The notes under the pieces were generated by a model that was given only the letters and a program-made list of their open reading frames with translations, was not told where the DNA came from and searched no databases. This document shows, piece by piece, positions 9,303 through 17,728 of a stretch of DNA of 64,000 bases. The stretch spans positions 4,704,001-4,768,000 of the forward strand of contig OZ252299.1 in NCBI GenBank assembly GCA_965250285.1, read 5' to 3'. The first letter of the stretch is position 1. Every line of letters begins with the position of its first letter. This stretch comes from Myxococcota bacterium (GTDB lineage Bacteria > Myxococcota_A > UBA9160 > UBA4427). The position numbers and the translations under genes are program-made.

Positions 9303-10771
9303 TGGGCCGACTCGGCTCCGACCGGCTTGCTCTGCTGCTTCTGCCGCAGCGACGACACGCCGTTCACGAAGGCCACCGAGATCTGCTCGAGCAGGCCGAT
9401 CTTGTGGCGGGCCATGCGCGCGAGGGCGCCGTGGAGGATCAGGGTCGGAATCGCAACGACGAGGCCCAGCGCCGTGGTCACCAGGGCCTCGGAGATGCCC
9501 GACGACAGGCTCTTCGCGTCGCCGGTGCCGAAGATCGTGATCAGCTGGAACGTCTTGATCATGCCGATGACCGTACCGAGCAGGCCGAGCAGGGGAGCCG
9601 CGGCAGCCGTGATCGCGAGGAAGGGCAGGAAGCGCTCGAGGGTCGGACGCACGCGCAGAATGCGCTCGAAGAGCATCTCCTCGAGCAGCGCGCGCTTCTC
9701 GGTCGCGTGCTCGGCGCCGATGACCAGCATCTCGCCGGCGACGCCCTTGATCTCGCGCGCCCTCTTGATGGCCCCATCCATCGAGCCCTCGGCGAGCTCG
9801 GTCAGCACGCCGTCGACCTCGTCGGGCGAAGCCACGGGGAAGCCGAGGATGTCGACGAGCTTGAAGCCCGTCAGAACGAGGGCGGCAAAGCCCAAACCAA
9901 TGATGACGTAGCCGACGACGCCGCCGTCTTCGACGTACTGCATCATCGACTTGCGCGCCTTCTCCTGCTTGATCGCCTTGCCGAGGGTCGCGTCGAAGGG
10001 CAGAGAGCCGGCGCCGGTCTCGGTCACGGTCTGCAGGTCGGCGAGCAGACCGGCCGGCAAACCGACGACCACGGGATCGGCGGCGTTCAGCTGGCCCTCG
10101 ACCAGCCCCCGCACCGTGCCGTCATCGCTCGTAAAGAAGATCGTCGGGCCAAGCGCCAGGAAGTGCCCCTCGGTGAGGATGCCCTCGGGCGAGAGCGCGG
10201 CGCCGTCGAAGATCTCGCCGCCGAGCTGACGCTCGACGCGCTTCAGCGCAGCGTCGACCACGGCGACCTGCGATTCCCTTCGCCCCTCGCTCTCGAGGTT
10301 GACGTTCTTCTGCGACAGCTTCGCGGCCGCCGTCAGCTGCTCGTAGCGCGGCAGCTCACTGATGTGGAGCCGGCCTTCGAAGTCACGCACGAACTCGTTG
10401 AGTCGACTGTTGACGAACTCGTCCTGCAGCTCGAGCGACTCGACCTGGCGGCGCAGTGTGTCGAGATCGATGCTGCGCGCGTCACGGGCCTCGAGCAGCT
10501 CGGCGCGCTGTCGCTCGAGCCGAATCACCTGCTCTTCGAGGCGCGCCACCGATCGCGAGAGCGGGACTTTCTCCTCGGCGATCTGCCTTCGCACCGCCGC
10601 GAGCTCGGAGAGTGAAGTCTCGAGCTTCTCGTCGATCTCACCGCTCGCTTTCGAGAACGACTCTGCGAAGACCGGTGAAGCCAGGAGGCTGAAGAGAAGG
10701 GACGCGCCCATGATCAGCAGGGCGCGCGAAGCGCGTTCGGGGGTCGGCATGCGTCTGGGGGTCTCCGACAT
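9299..10771 (-). CDS. Large ExbB-family protein with periplasmic coiled-coil N-terminus (TtpC-like)
   Basis: Signal peptide, coiled coil, C-terminal APLLGLLGTVIGMI..GISEALVTTALGL; start overlaps the upstream stop. Confidence 0.9.
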   Translation of the reverse strand: MSETPRRMPTPERASRALLIMGASLLFSLLASPVFAESFSKASGEIDEKLETSLSELAAVRRQIAEEKVPLSRSVARLEEQVIRLERQRAELLEARDARSIDLDTLRRQVESLELQDEFVNSRLNEFVRDFEGRLHISELPRYEQLTAAAKLSQKNVNLESEGRRESQVAVVDAALKRVERQLGGEIFDGAALSPEGILTEGHFLALGPTIFFTSDDGTVRGLVEGQLNAADPVVVGLPAGLLADLQTVTETGAGSLPFDATLGKAIKQEKARKSMMQYVEDGGVVGYVIIGLGFAALVLTGFKLVDILGFPVASPDEVDGVLTELAEGSMDGAIKRAREIKGVAGEMLVIGAEHATEKRALLEEMLFERILRVRPTLERFLPFLAITAAAAPLLGLLGTVIGMIKTFQLITIFGTGDAKSLSSGISEALVTTALGLVVAIPTLILHGALARMARHKIGLLEQISVAFVNGVSSLRQKQQSKPVGAESAQ

Positions 10772-11547
10772 CACAGGCTCTCGTCGGTTTCGATGGGCAG
10801 CGTCACGAACTCGATCGTGTCGACGTTGCCCTCGTAGATGTCGAGCAGCAGCTTCGCTTCTTCAGCCACCGACTCGTCGTTCGAGAAGGTCCAACCGTCG
10901 AGGCCCGGTCGGCCGATGCCGGCGATGCGGCCGGGTGTGTCGACGTAGACCGCCTGGCCGAGACCCCAGTAGAGGGTGCGCACCTGAACCCGCTGGCCGT
11001 CTTCGAGCGGCCGCGTTTCGCCGACGAAGGTCGCGGTCGAGTTGAACTTCTCGGCCTGGGCGAGCACGCCGAGCACGTTCATGAGGCGCTGCCCGAGCTG
11101 CAGCTTCGTCGTCTCCGGATTGTCCGGAATCTGGACGAGCAGCATCTCGAGCTTGTCCTGCAGCGGCAGGGGGAGCTGCGGCGCGAGCGCGAGCACGGCC
11201 TCCTCCATGCCGCGGATGCGATCCTTGAGCACCTGGGCCGAACGCTGGTACTCGGCCCGACTCAGCAGCAGCTCACGGCGATCGTCGTCTGCGACGGTCG
11301 ACGTGGCATCGAGCTCGGCGATATCCGACTCGAGCGCTGCCTTGCGCTGCTTCAGCAACCGTTGGGTCGCGCGCAGTGTCTCACGATCGGCTTCCCAGTC
11401 GGTCCGCTCCTCGGAGATGATCTGGCGGGTCTCGACCCACTTTTCCATCTTCGAGCGGAAGTCTCCGATCGACTGATCCGCGATCGCGGGCACGGCACAC
11501 GCAGCGAGCAGCGCGAGGCATGTCACGATCTTCACGTTGATACGCAT
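10771..11547 (-). CDS. DUF3450 family periplasmic coiled-coil protein (TtpB-like)
   Basis: Start refined to MRINVKIV (signal peptide); coiled coil; LYWGLGQAVYV; first gene of the TonB operon. Confidence 0.8.
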   Translation of the reverse strand: MRINVKIVTCLALLAACAVPAIADQSIGDFRSKMEKWVETRQIISEERTDWEADRETLRATQRLLKQRKAALESDIAELDATSTVADDDRRELLLSRAEYQRSAQVLKDRIRGMEEAVLALAPQLPLPLQDKLEMLLVQIPDNPETTKLQLGQRLMNVLGVLAQAEKFNSTATFVGETRPLEDGQRVQVRTLYWGLGQAVYVDTPGRIAGIGRPGLDGWTFSNDESVAEEAKLLLDIYEGNVDTIEFVTLPIETDESL

Positions 11548-11710
11548 GATGTTCTTCCGATCTCGGATTGAGTCCGTGGCGGCGGGCGCCGCAGATCGAT
11601 TGGCCACACAGGGCCCGCCACGATGCCGGGATCGCGCGCGCGCTCGTCCGGCGCCGCAGACAGTGGCAAAGCGCCCTGTCGCACTCAGCGACGAGCAGGT
11701 GAAGTTTGGC

Positions 11711-11732
11711 TTCACCGATTCGTCACCGAATC
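11711..11732. promoter_or_regulatory. Pho-box/OmpR-type 11-bp tandem direct repeat
   Basis: TTCACCGATTC GTCACCGAATC, about 165 bp upstream of the TonB operon. Confidence 0.4.
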
Positions 11733-11826
11733 CGGCCGGTATGGCGACCGTCGTCAGGTCTCGCCAAGTGTGCCGGAACGGGGTCGAAATCGACGCAACA
11801 GCCCGATCGGACTGCTCTTTCTGCGC

Positions 11827-12006
11827 CTAGCGCCCGCGCCTGAGCGGCCGCACGTTCGACCCGGGATCGTGCGAATCATCCAAAAAGAGGTCGCGAACGT
11901 GACGATCGAGACAATCCCCACACATGCCGAATTGCACACGGTCCGGGATGCGCTCGGCGAGCTCGGCGGCACTGCCGGGATCACACCAGCAGCACACGTG
12001 GAGCAT
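11827..12006 (-). CDS. Putative 59-aa Cys-rich zinc-ribbon microprotein
   Basis: MLHVCCWCD...QFGMCGDCL resembles the CxWC...HGxCxxC motif; RBS is weak. Confidence 0.5.
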   Translation of the reverse strand: MLHVCCWCDPGSAAELAERIPDRVQFGMCGDCLDRHVRDLFLDDSHDPGSNVRPLRRGR

Positions 12007-12085
12007 CTCGTTGGCGTTGGACGAAGTGGGAACGCGGCGTGCGGGAGATCGACTCAAACGGGCTTCTCGGGATAGGCCGGGGGGG

Positions 12086-12101
12086 TGGCCGGGGCGTTGC
12101 A
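12086..12101 (+). promoter_or_regulatory. Candidate sigma-54 -24/-12 promoter
   Basis: TGGCCGGGGCGTTGCA with exact GG-N10-GC spacing. Confidence 0.4.
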
Positions 12102-12114
12102 ATCTCGCGGGCAG

Positions 12115-12158
12115 ATCGGGAGACGAAACCCCGATGCGGAGGGGCTTCGTCTCCCGAT
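12115..12158. other. Strong intergenic hairpin
   Basis: ATCGGGAGACGAA/TTCGTCTCCCGAT perfect 13 bp plus CCCC/GGGG; no U-tract. Confidence 0.7.
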
Positions 12159-12444
12159 ACCCGTGCCTTCTCCGGAGCCCGCCGCCACGAAACGGTGAGC
12201 GAACACGGGGCGAGACGCGAGAGCTTCAGTGCCGGGCCAGGGGGAGCGGGCCGCGCCTCGACTGCATCTTTACAGCACCCGCTGCAGCGCCAAGTGACGC
12301 TCCCGCGACGTTTCTGCACAGTGCGGCGCAACGTCGCCAGCGCCCGCACGAAGCAGACCAGGCTTCGGAACGATGCGTGCGCGGCCCCCGGGCTTCGCCC
12401 GGCGCCGGCCGCGTGTCGGGCAGCTGGGGATCGGGCGATTCGAG

Positions 12445-13011
12445 TCAGGCGTCGTCGATCGGGAGATCGCCGCGCGTGAACAGGGGTTCGAGCGTGAGCC
12501 CGCGATCGGCGAACGCCTGGGCCGCACCTTCCCCGCGATCGACCAGGCAGATCACGCGCGCGACCTTGCCGCCCGCCGCTTCGACGAGATCGACGGCGTC
12601 GAGGGTCGAGCCGCCCGTCGTCGTGGTGTCTTCGACGAGGGCCACCGACTGGCCCTCGACGAAACCCCCTTCGATCTGGCGACCGAGCCCGTGGCCCTTC
12701 GGCTGCTTGCGGACGAAGAAGCCGAGCAGGCCTTCGGCGCGCTCATCCCGCGCCGCGGCCCCGAGTACGGCCGAGACGAGGGGGACGGCCCCGACCGCCA
12801 TCCCGCCCACCGAATCGACCGGCGAGCCCGACTGCAGCTTTTCGAGCACCAGCTCCCCCGCGAGCCTGACACCGAGCGGCCGCATCAGCGTCTGACGCAG
12901 GTCGAGGTAGAAGTTGCTCTTGCGACCGCTCGCCAGCGTCACCTCCTTCTTCTCGAAGGAGACGTCGAGGATCAGGTCGAGGAGCGCGCGTCGGGGGTCG
13001 GTGTCGGTCAA
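12445..13011 (-). CDS. pyrE: Orotate phosphoribosyltransferase
   Basis: TLASGRKSNFYLD, VRKQPKGHG, LVEDTTTTGGS; TTG start with AGGAG RBS. Confidence 0.95.
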   Translation of the reverse strand: MTDTDPRRALLDLILDVSFEKKEVTLASGRKSNFYLDLRQTLMRPLGVRLAGELVLEKLQSGSPVDSVGGMAVGAVPLVSAVLGAAARDERAEGLLGFFVRKQPKGHGLGRQIEGGFVEGQSVALVEDTTTTGGSTLDAVDLVEAAGGKVARVICLVDRGEGAAQAFADRGLTLEPLFTRGDLPIDDA

Positions 13012-13054
13012 AGGGGCGGGGCTCCTCGTGAGTGGGTGAGCTGGGCCGCAGCTT

Positions 13055-13160
13055 CTACTGCTTGCGAATGCCGAGCGCGAACTCGGGCGCGGTTCGAAAC
13101 GTCGCTCGAGGCACCGCGGTCTCGGTCCTCACTGCTTGCGTATGCCGAGCGCGAACTCGG
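13055..13160. repeat. Direct duplication of the last ~10 codons of the acyl-CoA dehydrogenase gene
   Basis: 13058-13086 and 13132-13160 match at 28/29 nt; each copy ends in a stop (TAG, TGA). Confidence 0.9.
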
Positions 13161-14307
13161 CGATCATCTTCTGGTGGAGCTCGCTCGTCCCTTCACCGAA
13201 CTCCATCGCCTTGGCCTCCATGAGCAGCCGGCCGATCTCGTACTCCTCGGTGCACGAGTAGCCCCCGAAGACCTGCATGCCGTCGAGCGCGTTCTGCACC
13301 GCCGCTTGACTCGCGCAGAGCTTCGCGAGGCTCGCTTCGAGGCTGGCACGCGGCACGCCGGCGTCCTTCATGCGGCCCAGGCGATAGACGAGCAGCCGCG
13401 CCTGCTCGGTGCGCATCACCATCGCCGCGATCTTCTGCTGGATCATCTGGAACTCGCCGATCTTCTGACCGAAGGCCGTGCGGTCCATCGCGTACGGCAC
13501 CGCGAGGTCGACACAGCGCTGTGCCTGGCCCACCTGCCGTGCCGCGACCGAGAAGCGGCCGGTGTCGAGCGCCGAGCCGAGCACGGGGAACCCCTTGCCG
13601 GCCTCGCCGAGCACCGCCTCTTCGGGCACGAAGGCATCTTCGAAGTAGACCTCGGCGAGATTGTCGCGCTTGAGCGTGCGCATCGGGAAGTCGCCCAGGC
13701 GGATCCCCTCGGTCGCCTTCGGGTCGATCAGGAACGCGGTCACGCCCTTGTGCTTCTTTGCGCGATCGGTGGTCGCCACGGTGAAGAAGAGCCCCGCGTG
13801 CTCGGCATGCGAGATGAAGACCTTGGTGCCGTTGAGCCTGTAGCCCCCGTCGACGGGCGTGGCCGTCGTCTGCATGTTCGCCAGGTCGGTGCCGCCGCCC
13901 GGCTCGGTCAGGCAGGCGCTGCAGATCACGTCGCCGCCTGCGATGCCCGGCAGCCAACGCTGCTTCTGCTCTTCGGTACCGAACTTCAGGATCGAACCGG
14001 CGCAGAGGCTGTTCGCCACCGAGATCACCGAAGCCACCACCCAGTCGACGCGCGCGATCTCCTCACAGATCACGCCGTACGTCAGGACGTCGGTGAACGA
14101 ACCGCCGTACTCTTCGGGGATCATCGGACCGAGCAGCCCCATCGCGGGCAGCTTCGCGATCAGCTCGAGGGGGTAGCGCTCTTCGCGCTCGTACATCTCG
14201 ACGTGGGGGAGGATCTCCTTCTCGGCAAACTCCCGCACTGTGGCGCGCACCAGGCGCTGGTCGTCGGTGAGGTCGAAGTCGGCCATCCGGTCGAGCAGTT
14301 CGGACAT
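13129..14307 (-). CDS. Acyl-CoA dehydrogenase
   Basis: CLTEPGGGTD, LNGTKVFIS, RTAFGQKIGEFQMIQ, QVFGGYS, FGEGTSE. Confidence 0.95.
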   Translation of the reverse strand: MSELLDRMADFDLTDDQRLVRATVREFAEKEILPHVEMYEREERYPLELIAKLPAMGLLGPMIPEEYGGSFTDVLTYGVICEEIARVDWVVASVISVANSLCAGSILKFGTEEQKQRWLPGIAGGDVICSACLTEPGGGTDLANMQTTATPVDGGYRLNGTKVFISHAEHAGLFFTVATTDRAKKHKGVTAFLIDPKATEGIRLGDFPMRTLKRDNLAEVYFEDAFVPEEAVLGEAGKGFPVLGSALDTGRFSVAARQVGQAQRCVDLAVPYAMDRTAFGQKIGEFQMIQQKIAAMVMRTEQARLLVYRLGRMKDAGVPRASLEASLAKLCASQAAVQNALDGMQVFGGYSCTEEYEIGRLLMEAKAMEFGEGTSELHQKMIAEFALGIRKQ

Positions 14308-14606
14308 CGCGGGTGTTGCTCCTTCGTGAGTCGCCCGGCCCCAGGCCTAGTTGCCGCATCGCGGATCGAGGTGGGTCGGGGTGGATCGATTGGCGCGGCG
14401 GGGCCAGACCGGGGCGCGGTTCGGGCGGCCGACTCGGCTGCAGGTCGCCCCCGGCACCGGAGTCGCATCGGGCGGGCGGCGGCAGCATGCGGCCAACAAT
14501 CTGAGTAGCCCAGCGACCCTCCTGAGGCGAATCTGGACGCCGTGACGGCCTCCTCAGGTTCAAAATGCGCCCCCAGGGGCACGCGTCGAGGCCTTCTCGC
14601 CGCCCT

Positions 14607-14643
14607 TGGACATCCCCCGGCGCTTCCTCTACTTTCCGCCGCC
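14607..14643 (+). promoter_or_regulatory. Sigma-70 promoter with GC-rich discriminator
   Basis: TGGACA-17 nt-TACTTT followed by CCGCCGCC. Confidence 0.6.
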
Positions 14644-14811
14644 CTCGGCGTTCTCGATGAAGCCGGCCGAGCCCCCGACCGATCTTCTGCGCGAGCGCAC
14701 TTCGGCCTCCGGGCCGGGTCGAACGCGACTGGCGGGCCCCGCCCCGCCGACCCGAACCGATCAGCCGAACCCGGCGCGCCCGGGCGAACTAGATGAGAAA
14801 GGCGGCCCCCG

Positions 14812-14934
14812 ATGAAGAAGGGCACGAACAATCGCAACCGCACCAAGTCGAGCCGCTACCGCGCGAAGCTCAAGCAGAAGCATCGCCGCGCGCGCAAGCG
14901 CGTGACGCGGGGCGACCGCAAGTTCCACCGCTAG
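14812..14934 (+). CDS. 40-aa highly basic microprotein (ribosomal-protein-like composition)
   Basis: MKKGTNNRNRTKSSRYRAKLKQKHRRARKRVTRGDRKFHR*; GAAAGG RBS; GC3-rich codons; below the ORF-track cutoff. Confidence 0.75.
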   Translation: MKKGTNNRNRTKSSRYRAKLKQKHRRARKRVTRGDRKFHR

Positions 14935-14950
14935 CGCGGGCGGCGAGGCG

Positions 14951-15068
14951 ACCGTGAGCGATTGAAGCACGGCGATCTCGAATTCCACCGCGAGCGATTG
15001 AGGCGCGGCGATCTCGAGCTCCACCGCGAGCGATTGAGGCGCGGCGATCTCGAACTCCACCGCGAGCG
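14951..15068. repeat. 36-bp tandem repeat, about 3.3 copies
   Basis: Unit ACCGCGAGCGATTGAGGCGCGGCGATCTCGAACTCC starts at 14951, 14987, 15023 and (partial) 15059. Confidence 0.95.
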
Positions 15069-15174
15069 CGGGCGATCCGGCGCTCGCGCGAGCGCGCAGC
15101 AGCAGCCGATTCGATGCGGGGCCCTTCGAACGAGGGGCCCCGTTCTCTTTCTGGGGATCGAGTGTCGTGGGGAT

Positions 15175-16131
15175 CTAGCGTGCGACGGCTTCGCCGAGCT
15201 CGCTGGTCGCGACGTCGAGGGCCCGATCGATCGCGGCCTCCCACGCCTGCGCCGTCGAGGCCTGGGCCGTGCCTTCGGCGAACGCGATGCCGCGCGACGA
15301 GTTGACGAGCCCGCCCTCGCGCCCTGACGGCCCGGGCACGAAGCCGCGCACGGCATCCTCCGCGGCGCCACCCTGGCTGCCATAGCCCGGCACCAGGAAG
15401 AGCGATCGCGGGAGCAGCGCGCGCACCTGATCGTGCTGCTCGGGATAGGTGGCGCCAACCACGACGCCCAGGTTGCTCCAACCCGACACGACGCCGGTCA
15501 TGCGATCGGCGAGCGGAGCGAGGCCGCGCGCGACCGCTTCGAAGACGCGCTCTTCGCCGTCGGCATCGCCGAGCACGCGATCCTGCAGATCGCCCGAGCC
15601 GGGGTTGCTCGTCTTCACCAGCACGAAGAGCCCGCGGCCCGCGGGCTCGGCGACCTTGGCGAAGGCTTCGATGGTGTCGAAGCCGAGATAGGGATTCACG
15701 GTGAGGGCATCGACCGGGCACGGGGCGTCGGCGGCGATCGTCGCCTGCGCGTAGCCGGCTGCCGTCGAACCGATGTCGCCCCGCTTCGCGTCGAGCAGAA
15801 TGAGCAGCCCCCGCTCGCGCGCCCGGGCCACGACCTGTTCGAGCACCCGGACGCCACGCGCGCCGAGCTGCTCGAAGAAGGCGCTCTGGGGCTTCACGAC
15901 GGCGGCGCGACCCTCGAGTCGATCGACGAAGGCCGTGCAGAAGCGTTCGACGACGTCGGCGGTCTGCGGGTCGCCCGCGCGCAACGCGCCGCCGCCGAAG
16001 AGCTTCGGGATCAGCGCGAGGTGCGGATCGATGCCGACGCAGAGCGGATGCCCGAGCGCACGCACGCGTTCGATGACGGCGTCGGCGAAGGCGCCGGGCG
16101 ATGCAGGGCTGGCTTCGTGCGCGTCGGCCAT
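15175..16131 (-). CDS. pyrF: Orotidine-5'-phosphate decarboxylase (type 2)
   Basis: LCVGIDP, VKPQSAFFE, DAKRGDIGST, VKTSNPGS, LVPGYGSQGG, NSSRGI. Confidence 0.95.
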   Translation of the reverse strand: MADAHEASPASPGAFADAVIERVRALGHPLCVGIDPHLALIPKLFGGGALRAGDPQTADVVERFCTAFVDRLEGRAAVVKPQSAFFEQLGARGVRVLEQVVARARERGLLILLDAKRGDIGSTAAGYAQATIAADAPCPVDALTVNPYLGFDTIEAFAKVAEPAGRGLFVLVKTSNPGSGDLQDRVLGDADGEERVFEAVARGLAPLADRMTGVVSGWSNLGVVVGATYPEQHDQVRALLPRSLFLVPGYGSQGGAAEDAVRGFVPGPSGREGGLVNSSRGIAFAEGTAQASTAQAWEAAIDRALDVATSELGEAVAR

Positions 16132-16260
16132 GGGGTCAACGTAGCAGGCCCGCGCGGGGCGCCGGCCCGGGCGAGACGCGCTGCGCGGGCCCGAGCGAGG
16201 TGCGCTGCACGGGGCGGCTGCGCTCGCGGGGCCGCTTGGACGCGCTGCTACCGTCGCTGC

Positions 16261-17598
16261 GTGTCCGACGGCGCCGACCAGATTGCATCGAGTTCGAACG
16301 ACGGCTCCCCCTTCGCGTTTCGCCTCGAGGCGACGAGCGGACAGGCGCGCGCCGGAACGCTCCAGACACCGCACGGTCCGGTCGAGACACCGGTCTTCAT
16401 GCCCGTCGGCACGCACGGTGCGCTCAAGGCAATGACCCCCGACCAGGTCGGCGCGACCGGCGCCCAGGTCGTCCTCGCCAACACCTATCACCTGCACCTG
16501 CGACCGGGCGAGGCGCTCGTCGAGAAGCTCGGCGGCCTGCACGACTTCATGCAGTGGCCCGGCCCGATCCTCACCGACAGCGGCGGGTTTCAGGTGTTCT
16601 CGCTGCCGAAGGTGCGCATCGACGATCGCGGCGCCCGCTTTCGCAACGAAGTGACGGGCGACGAGATGCTGCTCACGCCCGAGCGATCGATCGAGATCCA
16701 GAACACGCTCGGCGCCGACATCATCATGGCCTTCGACGAGTGCACGCCCTACCCGGCGACGCGCGAGCTCGCTTCGACCGGCGTCACGCGTACCCTGCAG
16801 TGGATGGAGCGCTGCATCGCCGCGCACGGCCGCGCCCGAGATCAGGCGCTCTTCGGCATCGTGCAGGGCAGCGTCTACCCCGAGCTGCGTGCCGAGTGCG
16901 CGAAGGCGCTCATCGAGATGAACCTGCCCGGCTACGCGATCGGCGGCGTCTCGGTGGGTGAGGGACACGAGCTGCTCTGCAGCGTGACCGAGCACGCGGC
17001 GCCGCTGCTACCCGAGCACAAGCCCCGCTATCTGATGGGCGTGGGCCTGCCCGAAGATCTGATCGCATGCGTTGGCTTCGGCGTCGACATGTTCGACTGC
17101 GTGATCCCCACCCGCTACGCGCGCAGCGCGACCGTGTTCACGTCGCGTGGCCGCATCCGGCTCACGCATCGCCGCTACCGACGCGACGCATACCCGATCG
17201 ACGTCTCGTGTGACTGCTACGCCTGCGAGGGCGGTCGGTTCACGCGCGCGTATCTGAACCATCTCTTCGCCGCGAACGAGGTGCTGTCGGCGATCCTCTG
17301 CTCGATCCACAACGTGCACTTCTATCAGTCGCTCATGCGCCGGGCGCGCGCCGCGATCCTCGAAGGCGGCTACGCCGATTTCGCCGCCGAGTTCATGGCC
17401 GGCTACGGCAGCGGCGAAGGCGGGCCGGCGCCGGCAGCACCGGCCGATGGCGGCCGGGCGAAGCGCAAGGCCACGCCCCCGAAGTCGCCTCGCCCCACGA
17501 AGAGCGGCGAGCGAACGACGAAGGCCGCGCCGAAGAAGAAGACGGCGCGCAAGAAGAGCCGCGCAGGCTCGCCGCGCGGACGGCGCCGCGGGCGCTGA
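16261..17598 (+). CDS. tgt: tRNA-guanine(34) transglycosylase with basic C-terminal tail
   Basis: TPVFMPVGT, NTYHLHLRPG, TDSGGFQVFSL, GIVQG, DMFDCVIPTR, Zn site CDCYAC..HN. Confidence 0.95.
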   Translation: MSDGADQIASSSNDGSPFAFRLEATSGQARAGTLQTPHGPVETPVFMPVGTHGALKAMTPDQVGATGAQVVLANTYHLHLRPGEALVEKLGGLHDFMQWPGPILTDSGGFQVFSLPKVRIDDRGARFRNEVTGDEMLLTPERSIEIQNTLGADIIMAFDECTPYPATRELASTGVTRTLQWMERCIAAHGRARDQALFGIVQGSVYPELRAECAKALIEMNLPGYAIGGVSVGEGHELLCSVTEHAAPLLPEHKPRYLMGVGLPEDLIACVGFGVDMFDCVIPTRYARSATVFTSRGRIRLTHRRYRRDAYPIDVSCDCYACEGGRFTRAYLNHLFAANEVLSAILCSIHNVHFYQSLMRRARAAILEGGYADFAAEFMAGYGSGEGGPAPAAPADGGRAKRKATPPKSPRPTKSGERTTKAAPKKKTARKKSRAGSPRGRRRGR

Positions 17599-17728
17599 GA
17601 GAGCCGCGGGCGCTGAGAGAGCCGCGGGCGCTGAGCAAAGCCGCAACCGCTGAGAGAGCCGCGGGCGCTGAGTAGAGCCGCAGCCACTGAGAAAGCCGCA
17701 GGCGTTGAGACAGCCCCGCTCGCTGAGC
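17585..17728. repeat. 18-19-bp tandem repeat, 8 copies, starting across the tgt stop codon
   Basis: Unit GCCGCGGGCGCTGAGAGA; copies degenerate distally. Confidence 0.95.

Noticed and set aside
14951..15068. 36-bp repeats as a CRISPR array
   Set aside because: Units are head-to-tail with no unique spacers and no cas genes are present
14962..15327. ORFs through the 36-bp repeat (also 14761-15060 on the minus strand)
   Set aside because: Open only because the unit is a multiple of 3; they overlap pyrF or the microprotein and have no clear RBS
15433..16260. Long N-terminal extensions of tgt, pyrF, P450, kinase and others in the ORF track
   Set aside because: They overlap neighbouring genes; downstream starts have RBS or -10 support and match where family motifs begin
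16261..17598. DpdA-type DNA 7-deazaguanine modification system
   Set aside because: Motifs are canonical bacterial Tgt and no dpd or que genes are adjacent
17585..17728. 18-bp repeats as CRISPR, iterons or a repeat protein
   Set aside because: No spacers, no rep gene, and unit lengths of 18 and 19 break any reading frame
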